Assembly (NCBI GenBank): GCA_044892505.1
Contig: CM097882.1
Coordinates: forward strand, 543,492,001-543,556,000
DNA length: 64,000 bases
Source of the DNA: Schmidtea nova
Lineage: Eukaryota
Direction of reading: 5' to 3'
The first letter of the stretch is position 1. Every line of letters starts with the position of its first letter. Made by a program: the position numbers and the translations under genes. The notes below the pieces were generated by a model. The model was not told the origin of the DNA, did not search any database, and saw only the letters and a list, made by a program, of their open reading frames with translations. Of this stretch, positions 24,913 through 37,570 are shown one piece after another.

Positions 24913-26128
24913 AACAATAATAGCTATTTCGTTATACATGTTTGAGAAAAAGAATAATATAAATAAATAAATTTTCTTTAATTTATATTTAAATTAAATT
25001 GTAATTATTTTGATTAACTATAATTTTTAAATTGTTATATATTAACAACAAAAGTGTGATCAGCACAATTACTTTTCAAATGCATCCGTATTCGAAATAA
25101 CTCTATTAGTATCAAAAGGTTCTGACATTTAGAACAACTTTAAAAAAAAATAAAATTAGAAAACTTCAAAAGTGAAAATTTTCTGCAAAAATCATTTAAA
25201 TCAGCAGTTTATAACGAAAAGTGCACTAAACTTTATAGATTAAATATACAAAATCTATAAATTCAAATTATTTTCGACAATACCTAATAAAACCAAAACA
25301 ATTAATACAAAATCGGTACAACTGGCTCGGACCAACTGACAATACGGCACCGACCACAGATCGGGAACCTTTGGCAAAAATGATTAGATTTAGATTTCAT
25401 ATCTCTAATATCTCTAATCTTAAATATAATGATTTTAATTCTAAAATGTATTTAATTCAATCGTCCAGTTTATATTCAAATAATAATACTGTGACCTCAA
25501 TTAGGTCCAAAATTCCTTAAAAAAATTTATACTCGATTTTTAATTCAATTTCATAACATTTCTTTTTGAACTATTTTTAATAATTTATTAAATAAGACTA
25601 ATTACGAAAAGGTTTATAGAATAAATCCCAAAGACAAGTGAAAAATATTATATGTGAAAAACGATACATGACTTAATAAATACTAAATTGGATTTTTTTC
25701 CAAACTCATTATTTCAAATAGACGTACAATTTTGTATTATTTCTTGATGGAATATGCTAAAAATGTAAACACTCTTGGAAATGAATGTGCTGCTAAAACA
25801 AATTTGATCTAGTCATATAAAAAATAAAAATTAATTTTTGAAATTAAAAAGAGATCAAAGGTGAAGAAAATAAAATATATAAATGAAATCAAAATAATTA
25901 TTTAACTATACTCACCATCAAATTTCTTATTTTTTCCATAATTTTNNNNNNNNNNNNNNNNNNNNNNNNNNNNNNNNNNNNNNNNNNNNNNNNNNNNNNN
26001 NNNNNNNNNNNNNNNNNNNNNNNNNNNNNNNNNNNNNNNNNNNNNNNNNNNNNNNNNNNNNNNNNNNNNNNNNNNNNNNNNNNNNNNNNNNNNNNNNNNN
26101 NNNNNNNNNNNNNNNNNNNNNNNNNNNN

Positions 26129-26548
26129 TGATAAGCCTTTCTCCGCAATGTTAATTTTTGATGAAATATTACGATCTTAAAAAGATCCTGATCACTTCAA
26201 TACGAAATTCTTCCCAATATACTTATATCTTTATTCTGAATATTTTCTTTTTCCTGAATTATGATTAACTTAAACAAATTGAGACTCGTTTTTAATATAA
26301 ATTAAAATTATAATTGATTACAAATAAAAATTTTCTATAAAAAAATTCCTTATGAATTTAAAGTTTCTAATAAAATGCTTTTTTATAAATACGTATCTCT
26401 AAAATAAATCTGAATCAAAATTTAAAGGAAAGAAAATATTCGGATAAAAGTGAAAAGTCAATTAGAAAGAATTTCATATATAAGTGATCAGGATTTTTTT
26501 AAGATTGAAATATTTCATCGAAATAAATCTTACCGAGAAAGGCTTATT
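26129..26548. mobile_element. Degenerate foldback/MITE with ~150-bp inverted arms; a third arm at 4897-5075
   Basis: ataagcctttctccg..gatgaaatat..aaaaagatcctgatcactt vs aagtgatcaggattttt..atatttcatc..cgagaaaggcttat. Confidence 0.65.
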
Positions 26549-26966
26549 ACTTTTACGTTTATTATTATATTATATTAATCGCTGATAAAGACAAAAGTAT
26601 TGTAGAAATTTGTAAAAAATTAATCATTTAAAATTAAATTTTGAATTGATTTTTAATATATTAAAATTATATTTTGAAATAATATTTAAAAATTTAAAAT
26701 CTTAATCAAATTATGTTTTAAAATTTGTTTCAAAAAATTGAATTTCACATAGTTTTTTGACACCCGAAGACAGCAGTCTTTCAAATATAAAGAACGGGTG
26801 TTATATAAATGGCGTTTTTCATAAATTAAATNNNNNNNNNNNNNNNNNNNNNNNNNNNNNNNNNNNNNNNNNNNNNNNNNNNNNNNNNNNNNNNNNNNNN
26901 NNNNNNNNNNNNNNNNNNNNNNNNNNNNNNNNNNNNNNNNNNNNNNNNNNNNNNNNNNNNNNNNNN

Positions 26967-27242
26967 TTTATGCCAAAGAGACATTTGAGAATCTTCCGAT
27001 CCCCTTCTATTACCCATTGGACTATCAGAGTAATTAGATTGATTAAATTTAGTCTCCAAGCAAGAATTAAATCTGGCCTCCTCGTTATAAAGTGTATGTT
27101 GAATATTATAAGATCCATTCATTGGTAAACTGAAGCGTTTAAGATGCAAACCCATGAATTCTAGAGGAGATATTTCATTGATATAATTTTCTTTAGTTGA
27201 TGGAACCATCTGTTTAACAACAGCATCATAAAGAAATTCATT
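26967..27242 (-). CDS. SIK3: SIK3-like kinase, exon e (runs into gap)
   Basis: Acceptor tttgtttag; phase 0, NEFLYDAVVKQMVPST..KRFSLP..RRGSED; matches phase 0 of exon d across a 59-bp intron. Confidence 0.75.
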
Positions 27243-27301
27243 CTAAACAAAATAAGAAAACATTAATTATTATTCAATTCAATTATTATTGCAAAGGCAA
27301 C

Positions 27302-27423
27302 CTGAGACCGATATTTATGAGCTGATTGTTCAGGATAACTTCCACCAACACCAGGATTAGATCTATGCAACGGTTGCATATCGGCAGCTCCGTCAGACGA
27401 CCGCCGAGGAAAGCACGAGTTAT
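27302..27423 (-). CDS. SIK3: SIK3-like kinase, exon d
   Basis: Acceptor tttcag; phase 1; (Y)NSCFPRRSSDGAADMQ.. resembles the SIK3 RRFSDGAA PKA/14-3-3 site. Donor GTTGCC is weak. Confidence 0.8.
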
Positions 27424-27626
27424 CTGAAATTTAAATTTAACAAATTTTCAAATAAGATATTTTAAAACTGAAAATATCGTTTTAAGTATTATCATAAAAT
27501 AGTTGTCCAAATACTTTTCTGTTGTAACTGGCTTATTTGAATGTATTTTCTAACTATGCATGAAGTAATTTTATTCTTACTTCGTCATACTCCATGAATG
27601 CAAACGTTGCTTTATAAAATAAAATG

Positions 27627-28614
27627 TGTCAGGATACGTACTGGTCTTATTCATTGAACAACTTGAAAGTCGTGATAAAATGTGTATTATAAAAAAATAT
27701 TTTCTTCTTAATTTATATATGGAGAATTAATTAAAACCCAAATAATATTTCGAACAATTTCAACATACCACTACATTCCAATTAATAAAAAGAAATACTA
27801 TAAATATGAATAATTTATATAAATACATCTTACACCCTTCTTTTAATAATATTTTTTTCAATTTTTATATTATTTTAGCCATTCTATATTGCTAATTTTA
27901 TTTTCCCAGTTGGTATTTTTACCACATAACTATGATTGTGCCACTTCTCAATAATTTCACCAGGACCATCATATCTACTATAATCTTATGAAATAACATT
28001 CTATTTTATCCATACAATGTCACCAACATTCAATTCTCGATTTGTTCATAATTTATTGTTATATAATACTTTCATTCTTTTCCACTAGCGTTGTCATTGT
28101 TTCCCCTCTTCTTCGAAATGATAAGGCTTCGTTAAAGTCATTTGATAAATTGAATGGCTTCTTAAAGACATTGTACATTCTTTTCTTGTAATAGATTTCA
28201 GGATCCATTATATCGAACTTTCGCGTTGCTTCCACCGATAAAAACACTTTAATAAAAACTCCCCTACGATCTTCAACTGTCTCAGTAAGTTCAAAAAGGT
28301 TTATCTGTTTCTTCGATGAATCTTTCAATGTCAACACCGATTTCGAATGTTTTTGGCGGTTTAATAAACTGCAACATAGGCGTGGTCACCATGTAAGAAT
28401 TCGTTTTGGTCTTATTCATTGAAAGACTTGAAAGTCATGATAAAATATGTATTTTAAAAAGAAAGTATTTTCTTTTTAATTTATATTTGGAAAATTAATT
28501 TAAACCCAAATAATATTTCAAACAATTTCAATATTCAATTTCAACATACCCCCCATACCAATAATTAAATATAAATATTATGAATATGAATAGTTTAGAT
28601 AAGTATTTCTTACA
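27627..28614 (-). mobile_element. Internally deleted 988-bp LTR element (TRIM-like)
   Basis: Diverged LTRs 28392-28614 and 27627-27834 (TGT..ACA); PBS TGGTGACCACG; PPT aaaagaaggg; TSD aaatg/aagtg; gag-like stub and integrase tail RYDGPGEIIEK. Confidence 0.85.
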
Positions 28615-28619
28615 AAGTG

Positions 28620-29850
28620 AATTTGGAAATTTTTGCTTTTCAAAATTTTGAGTGTGATAAATGCAATAAGGACATTTTTAAACCTTTGAACTAAGGAAAA
28701 ATTATCAGATTTCCTTCTGTCAACTCAAATAACTATAAATATAATTTATCATAATGAAAGATTTAGAATTAAATTTCAGTTGCAATAAAGGAAAGAGTAA
28801 AGTGTATCATTTATACTAGTACATAAAATTCGACAGAATAAATGTTCATGTCAGAGCCTCTGGCATTACGAGGGCAAAGAAAAGCTTACTAAATTAGAAG
28901 ATCATTGCAATGTATTTTAGTATTAACTGATTCGAAATCAATTGATGTACAGAAAACCTGGAAAGAAGTTTCAATAAACGACTGTGTCAAAATAATATCT
29001 TTATCTTCATGGGAATTAAAAATATCGACATTAAATGCATGTTGAAAAAATATATGGCCATTGTCAGTTCAGAATAAAAATATTCATGAATTGTGTAAAT
29101 GAAATTGGTATCATATTAGAACTCGGCAAAAAATCGAAAAGAAAGGTTTTGTGGTTATGCCTGTTGAGGATATTGAAGGATTATTAATGGAAGAAGAAAT
29201 TGACAAAGTTGATTTAGTGGAAATGACATACGGAATTCCGAATCAAGTTGATTCTTAAGACAATAGCAATGATAAAGATTGACAAATTAATAATTTAACA
29301 CTAAAAATTGCGGGTAGGTTTACACTTAGCCAAAAATTGGGAATTATTTTTTGCGAATGCCGATCCTTCACTTTAAATAAGTTTAAAATTCAGAATAGAC
29401 CTGCAAATTTGCTTATCTCTATACAATGAAGTATACAACGAACTTATAAGAGTGTCAAAACAAACCAAAATAACAGATTTTGTAAAAATTGCAACAAGAA
29501 AAGCTAATGAAGAAAAAAGTTCCGATAGGGAAGACAGTGTCGTTCAATCGCAAAACATTTAATAGTACTAAGCAGCACCAATGAAGAAGAAAAATATTTA
29601 ATATTTGTTTTATTATTTATTTAAGATGGATTTATGTATATTGCAATATATTTTTGTTTCTTTGTATTTTAATATTTTGTATTAGAAGAAAAATATTTTA
29701 GCGAAAAAATCTAATAAATCAAATGAAGGTAATTTTTTAAATTTTAATAATTTTTCGGAACGTAACCCTTTGTACAAACTTCTGGTCTCGTTAAATACGG
29801 TCTTTTTCAAGAACCTAACTATTGTGTTATATTATAGAAAGGAAACTTGA
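28620..29850 (+). pseudogene. pogo/Tigger-like 3' remnant
   Basis: DCVKIISLSSWELKISTLNAC*KNIWP and KKGFVVMPVEDIEGLL..EEEID resemble Tigger C-termini; heavily decayed. Confidence 0.5.
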
Positions 29851-29861
29851 ATATTATACAG

Positions 29862-30523
29862 CAGGCCTGTCCAACCTTTTTATACTAAAGATCCACTTTT
29901 TATAGACCGACTATCTCGAGATCTACCCATGTCCAAATAATTTAGATCTTCAATTAGTATAACTTCAGTTTTTTCACTTTATTTAAAAATTTTAAAAATA
30001 TATACAAAAAAAATAAATATATAAAAAAAAATTCAAACAAATAAAAAAAATTAATTAATTATTAATTTCAAAAAAATATAAGAAAAAACATATATTAATG
30101 TGATCTTTGGCACTGGTTTGACTTGGAAATTTTTTCAAAATCAGGATTATCTGAAAACACTGATAATCTTAAACATTGATCAAGGTGAACATCCGTAAAA
30201 GAATTTTTGATTTCCTATTTAAAAATGATTTATGTCTGAAAAAGCGGATTCTTTGGACATGTAGATAATTAGATAATCATTATGAATCTTCTAATATAAT
30301 AATATATAAATATTTACATATACTTCAGAGACAAAAAGATTTGAGTTACCTCTTGGAAGCTTCTAAAGAAATTTTACTTCACCCCGTTCCTACTTAAAAC
30401 ATATTTTTTTAATTTGCACAATTTATTTTCAGAATTTAACATTTTTAGTTTGTAGTAGACGATCGACCGAAATTCGTGTCGCGATCGACTGATAGATCGC
30501 GATCGCCTGGTTGGGCAGGCCTG
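29862..30523. mobile_element. hAT MITE with perfect TSD
   Basis: TIR caggcctgtccaacc / ggttgggcaggcctg; 8-bp TSD TTATACAG on both sides. Confidence 0.92.
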
Positions 30524-31398
30524 TTATACAGTATATTTTAAAATAATGGGGCTCCTTTGGCTTATTTTGATATTTTTTTCTACTTAATCTAATTTCTATA
30601 CTTTTCACATACATGGTTGTAAACTAAGTTTTTGTCGAGTTATGAATTTTTATATTTCATATAATTATTATAATTATTATTCGTGGTAATATATGGAAAT
30701 AAATACTTATTTTTTGTAACCCATATTAATAAATATCACAAATCTTTTAAAAAATATCTAAATTAAATTTATCAATTTCAGCAAATATATAAATAATTTA
30801 CAGCTATAATAGGGAGCGCCAAGGATGCTTAATAAATTCTTGTGATTAAGTTTCTAACATTCTAGATTGTGCTTTTTGTGGCTTTTTCTACCATTTGGTT
30901 ACAATTTAGACGCTTTTTTACATACCATGTATCAATGTAAGACGGGACTTTATGAAAAAAATAATCGCCTGATTTAACTATAAAAATATAAAAATAAAAA
31001 TGTATGGGGATTTTATTATTGCATTGTTTCTTTAGAGATACACTAATATATTCTTAGCTTAAGGTTAAATAATTAGCAGGAAAAAATAAAACATATTGTT
31101 TTATGCTTAATTAAAACCATTGAAACAATTGAAATCTTTAAATAATAACAATTTAGTTAAATGATTGAAACAAATTACAAAGTAAAAAAACATTTATTTA
31201 GAAAAACAAAACTTGAATATCATATTTAATAAATTCATGCGTCGTCGAAAGATCCATATCACCATTTATTCCATTGTATATCATTCGCATATGTATTTCC
31301 AAATTTTCTTGTGTCATTCTACTTATTTATGAAATCATAATATTTTTACTGGATGCTCTTTTTATGCCTATTCTGCTTTTTGTCGGGCCTTAATAATA

Positions 31399-31401
<3 letters not shown>

Positions 31402-31454
<53 letters not shown>
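31402..31454. repeat. (TA)n microsatellite
   Basis: Direct reading. Confidence 0.95.
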
Positions 31455-31458
<4 letters not shown>

Positions 31459-31580
31459 CACAACGAACTTATCGACTTAATTATATAATTTATATATCGT
31501 ATAGCAGTAATTAGATAAATGAATTATTATTAGCATGATTATGATTATTATTATTACATCAAAATAAAACAAATTATTAC

Positions 31581-31950
31581 ATGGGGTCATAAAATCTGGT
31601 GGAGCTAACAAGTGTGGATCTTTTACAGTGAACCTTGCCATTGGTTGATGAACGAGAGCAGGTAAATTAACTGGTAAATTAAGTTGAGGGAGATTTTTCA
31701 TAACTGTCCAATTCGTAGAATCATTGCTACCCATGACAACATCATGGGGGTTACTGTCTATTACATACAAATCATCGTTGTCAATAGTAGAATTAGAATC
31801 CATTATTGAAGGATTTTCAGCGATTTCTGCAAGCTGACTCAATCCGGATTTAATTGATAAATATGTTTGTTGCGTAGGATAATTGAGATTTCCAGATTCA
31901 TTGTTTCTGATATCAGCCAAATATCGGCTCTTGACAAGTTTCGGATTTGC
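31581..31950 (-). CDS. SIK3: SIK3-like kinase, exon c
   Basis: Acceptor aacacag, donor GTAATA; phase 0 in, phase 1 out; encodes LNLPVNLPALVHQPMARFTVKDPHLLAPP. Confidence 0.85.
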
Positions 31951-32334
31951 CTGTGTTACATTGAAACTTTAATCGAATATCATATATAAAAGTTATTAAA
32001 TTGAACTCAAAACAAAGTAGAATAATTATTAACTAATCAAGAATTCTTTCAGTATTTCATGTATAACATAATCTTATATCAACTAAAGATAGGTTTAAAT
32101 TTCTTATGTATCCGATGTGTTTTGAAATAATATTTTTATTTTGAAAAAAATATTTAAATAATAAAAACCTCTAAAAAAGCTGACACCAACTGTAACTTTA
32201 CCTCGTTAGTAACATATTTGTTAATGCGCTCATTAACCATCTGAAAACGACCATTTAAATTGTCTTTTAATACATAACATTTTCAAGATTAATTGAAATA
32301 AAAATTTGTTAAATTGAATATAATTTCTAATGAC

Positions 32335-32470
32335 AGACTAGTTTCGACCTTATTTGGCTCTCAAATATTATAGTAAAAAAACACTTCCGAATACAATGAT
32401 CACGCTATGGATTTTATCCATAGTGGAATTGGGTTTCTCAAATAGTACTGACGAGAGCCAAATAAGCTCG
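32335..32470. ncRNA. Two inverted half-copies of a canonical-core hammerhead ribozyme
   Basis: Plus 32448-32470: CTGACGA-GAGC CAAATAA GCTC-G (truncated). Minus 32362-32335: GAGAGC CAAATAA GGTC-GAAAC-TA-GTC. Confidence 0.7.
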
Positions 32471-33604
32471 GTATTAATTAAACATTAATTTTACACCGAA
32501 TATTACAACATATGTCATTTAAGTCACCGGACAACCTTTTGAGTGTAAAGCATTTTCATTATTTTCATCAATAAGAGAAATTAAAATTGAAACCTTGATA
32601 TATTCTCATTTCAATCCCCTCTTATTAATCACTTAATAATAATAGGAACCCTTCCACATTTATTTGAAAGCTTAACTTATGTAATTTATTTATTATTAAA
32701 GAAAAAGCAATTTTTCACTACATATTTTGATAAATTAACTAATATTTTAACTATGTCTCTAAATAAAATGCATATTATACAATAAACAATAATCATGTAA
32801 TTGGGTCTGTAAAATAAAACCAAGAAAAAAATCCATAAAAAACCTATTATTAAAAATTTTTTTCAAGTGCTCATTTGAAACATTGGTTTTAGGATTTAGG
32901 ATTTAGAATTAAGTATTGATTTATGACATTATCACATACGAGTCAATTTCTATAGTTTAATAATCCAAGAAATCTCTCCATCATTTTTAAACGCAATTTC
33001 TGTACCTAAAACTTTTAACATTATGAATTGATACGGATGAGTATTTCGACCATTTTATTAAGAAATAAAAGAGGTGGATTTTGTAGGTTACACAGTAAAT
33101 CGTAATATATTTTCAAAATTCCAAGGGATGTTATAATTTGCTATAAATAAATCGGCGTCAGTGATATTTGAGTTGAGATGTCTATTTCCTAGACTCAATA
33201 GAATTATGTTATCACAGTTTCTTCCACGAATATAAACTCAGAATAAGAAACTTGACAGCTATGGAGAAGATAAGAAAATCATTACAGAGGTATTTAAAGT
33301 TAAATTTTATGCTTGGCTAGCGCTAATTTTCAAGGTTGATGAATTTCAATTTTAAGATTGTAATGCAATTACGGTTAAAAACATTTAAAAATTATATTGT
33401 TAAAAAATAAATACTTCCCAGTTTTATCAATCATTCTTATTTCTAATAGTTTAATAGTTAAAATAATAAAGAACATGAATAAAATTTATATAGTTTTGAT
33501 TATATAAAAAAGGTTTCTATAAAACTTTATTAAATATACAAAATTAAACTGCTCTTTTATGACATTATTTAAACAACTATTAATATGATTTATACTAGTT
33601 AACA

Positions 33605-33905
33605 TTAATATCAATAATTATCATAATGGTAAGACTAAAGATCATTTTTTTAAACAAGTATAATATTTCGGCACAATCGAATATTTTATCACTCGTTATT
33701 TTATAAAATATAAAATAAACAATTAAGGTTAATATTTAGGATTAAGTTAATATAACGATTGAAATACACATTTGATAAGGGATGTGCCAAAATATTGTGT
33801 ACTTGTTTAAAAAAAATTTGATCTATAGTCTTACCATTATGGAAATTCTTGATATTAATAAAAAGAGATGAAAGGTGAAACAAAAAGATAATTATGATAT
33901 TATTT
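33605..33905. mobile_element. Same palindromic repeat family, copy F
   Basis: Partial minus core aatatttcggcaca at 33662; decayed plus core TTTGATAAGGGATGTGCCAAAATATTGTGTAC at ~33771-33802; family tail to 33905. Confidence 0.7.
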
Positions 33906-35209
33906 AACCTGTTAACTGTTTATTTTGCCTATATGCATCATTTTTAAAAGATAAATTTTTTGTATAATGTCGCCTATATGTATTTAATTGAAAAAAAATC
34001 ACCATTTGCTATGAAATTTATATATAAGTAAAAAAACAAATACATGTCATCCCTTGAAAATAATTAAGCACATAGAAAGGGACATTAAAAAAACTAATCT
34101 GTTAATAAATTAAATAGAACTGTTCTGATATAATCATATTAAAAAACCTTATAGTGGGTTTTGAGATTTGCTTTCGAATTTCGAATAACTTTCATTACAA
34201 TTACAAATGTATATAGAAGCGATAATATGTGAAGTAAAAAGGAAGGACTATATTAGGACTATTTTCGAGCCACTCACAACAAATCTCTTTGATTTAGCTT
34301 TATGACAGTTTACAAAGTTATAAGCAAAAATGCCATTAAGTTTTCTTGAAAATGCAACATAAAATGTCGTCAATACAAAGAATTTACACCATTAAAGATT
34401 TTATAGAAAAATAACTCCATTTATAAGTTTTTAAAATACGTATAACTAATAAGACGACAAATTCAAATCTCAATTTTATTGACATCATTCATAAAGGAAG
34501 ACTTTGCAATCTTTAGTAAAATATCAAAGATTTGACTAAACCAAATTATCCCACTCATTTCATTTTTACAATGATTATACGACATGATTTCGCGTAAAAA
34601 ATGTAGGATTTCTTAATAAAAACAGTGAAATCTGTTATCACCACTCTAGATCTATTTTCATTTACAATTTTATCTATCTTCATTTCTTTCAAACTATTTA
34701 TCAATGTTTCGTTTTCTATTTAACACGAATTCCCACCCCAATGTTTTGAAAATACTTTAAAAAGACCGCCAAAAATTGTATTAAATAGAGAAAAAATAAT
34801 GACATATAGCCTGAAATAACTGAAATTTATTAATATAGCATATTATTATGGGAAGTTATGATATGTAAAACAAAGATAATATATCAGTGTTTAAATATAT
34901 TTATGTGACTCTGAAGCCTAATGAAGTTATAAACACATACGAATACAAAAGAGAAATAAAAGAAAATTTTTATTTTTCTTAATTATTAATTAGGATGTGT
35001 CTTTTTCTCGACTCTATGTCATTAATAAATTAGTGATTGCTATAGTAACCATTAACCTAGATGTCCAAATGAAATACAAATTGCAATAATTTAGAAAGCA
35101 ATTTGTGTTATATAAAAATTTAGCGTAAAAATAAAATAAATAAAAATTTAAATACATAATAAAAAAATTAGAAATTGTCAGTTATAAAATTGAAAAGAAT
35201 TCTACTAAC

Positions 35210-35357
35210 ATGTTGTTGGTTTAGCTTCGAAGTTGTTTGACATCTGTTGCTGTCTAATGACATTTGTTTCTTTCGAAAAACAGATCCAACTTTCACTTTA
35301 CTTTCTGAGTCATCCTTATTTTCATCTTTCGTTTTTTGAACCGTAGTTTTTGGAAAT
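35210..35357 (-). CDS. SIK3: SIK3-like kinase, exon b
   Basis: Acceptor tttttctatacag, donor GTTAGT; first base completes the GG|A Gly codon of exon a; 49 open codons, phase 0 out. Confidence 0.85.
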
Positions 35358-37035
35358 CTGTATAGAAAAAATTAAAATAGCATACTAAATTATGTTTCGA
35401 ATAGGGAAAATAGTTCTATTTGACCAAATTTTCAGACTAGTGTTATTTAAATTTTGGTTGCATATTTGCTAACTTAAGTTTTACCCGGCAACCCTAGAAA
35501 TTACTACAACACAAAAACTTGTTACCCGGCTATAGTTTTATTTTCTTATCTAAAGTTTTGTTTTTTCCTTATGTCTTCTAACTTAAGAATTACCAACTTA
35601 AATAAAGATAATAATTTTTCAAAACATTGACAAAAATATTTAAAAGTGATAATAAAATAAAAATAAATTTATTTTACAGGTATATTTAAACCCACAACTC
35701 AATTTAATGAAATACATCAAATAAATGGATTTGCCAGAAATAAAAAATAATTACCTACCAAAATAATGGTTTGTCCCACAAATGTGAATTTATCACCTAT
35801 TTTTATTAGAAAGCTAGCTATTAATTTGATTGGACGCCTAATATAATTTGTAATTTATACAAATTATGTGAATCGATTATAAAATAACTCTTATCAATCT
35901 TGTAGTGTATTTTAGCAATAGATTTTTTGTATAAGATTTTCTGCTCTCATATTTTCTTCAGACAAAAAAAGCGTCTCTGGATTTTTCAACACTGATTTTA
36001 GTGGTCAAAGTTTTTGTACAAGATTTTGAGCTCTCACATTTTTTTTTCAATCATATGTATCAAAATTTTTATAATTTCTGATTTTTGCGGTAAATAAAAA
36101 CAAATAAAAATATTTTAAATTAATAAAGTATACATTGAATTTGTAATTTGAGCAACATTGTTTAGCTTTCAGTTTTTTCTTAAGGTCAAAATTATAGCAA
36201 ATTATTTTAATTCTGGCAAATCCATTCGTCTAATGGTAATTTCATTAAATTTGGTAGTGTCTGTCAATACAAGTCTTTATTTTACATGCTAAACATAATC
36301 ATGCTTTTAAAAACTTTATTATAAAATAAATAGCCAGTATATAATTTGTGTTTGTTTATTCAAGTTAACTTTGACTTCAGTAAATAAAAGTTTACAATTT
36401 TTAAAAATTAAATTGTTTTTATTTTGATCCTTAAAATTTTATTGATAGAAGAGAATTCTAACGAATCATTACATTCGCTAATCAGAACGCAAATTTATTT
36501 ATATTCGATAAGAATCGATGAAATATAATGACCCACAATGATGCTGTTAGATTTAAAACCTTCAATAAAGCTTCATTGTCCAAAGTTTATACAATTGCCA
36601 GACTCGTCTGAGAATAACGTATTCTTATGGTGATACCATAGTAAGCATAGCACCTCACAGAGACCACACGGCTTTACGGGCAGCAACAGAAATAAATAAT
36701 ACAATATCAATTATTAATAATAGAGTTCGTACTTTCTGTACACACAGAAATGGAACTAATAGATCTCGATAGATCATTTAGATAGGGGGTTCCCAAAGTT
36801 TTAGTTAGGGTGCCAAATTCTAAATTTCAAAAAATTTGGCAAGACAAAATACAAAAATGCTNNNNNNNNNNNNNNNNNNNNNNNNNNNNNNNNNNNNNNN
36901 NNNNNNNNNNNNNNNNNNNNNNNNNNNNNNNNNNNNNNNNNNNNNNNNNNNNNNNNNNNNNNNNNNNNNNNNNNNNNNNNNNNNNNNNNNNNNNNNNNNN
37001 NNNNNNNNNNNNNNNNNNNNNNNNNNNNNNNNNNN

Positions 37036-37570
37036 ATGTCAAAATGTACACATTCGCCGGTAAATGTACACATAGACCACACCAATGGGTAAATGTAAGT
37101 TTACTATTTCGAAAAAGTTTGTTATACATACATTTACGGGTAAATGTATACATTATATCAAGGTCTTGTAAAATGTAGAAATAATGTCAAAAAGTACACA
37201 TTCGCCGGTAATTGTACACATAGTAAATCATGAACTATAATAAAACTTACTTAAAATTGTAATATTTACAATAATTGCTGTTTAATAATGCACCTAGAAA
37301 ATTTGTTGAGTTTTAATTTACGCTTAAAAACATAAACATAAAATAATAAACATAACCTTAAAAAATGATTTAAAAATTTGTTTTGGTTATATAATTTATT
37401 CCTTTACTTTATTCCTTTACACTTTTACCATTACCTCTAGGTAAAAGTATATATGATTACTAAATAATCGGTAAATGTATGTTATATGTACATTTGCCAA
37501 ATCTTGCAGTTAATGTATACATTTACTGGTAAATATATACATTTACCTGGTAATGTACATTTACCGTAAC
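37036..37570. repeat. Array of ggtaaatgta(c/t)acattt(a/c)c-type motifs in both orientations (probable MITE subterminal repeats)
   Basis: Roughly eight related copies; the left part adjoins a gap. Confidence 0.55.
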
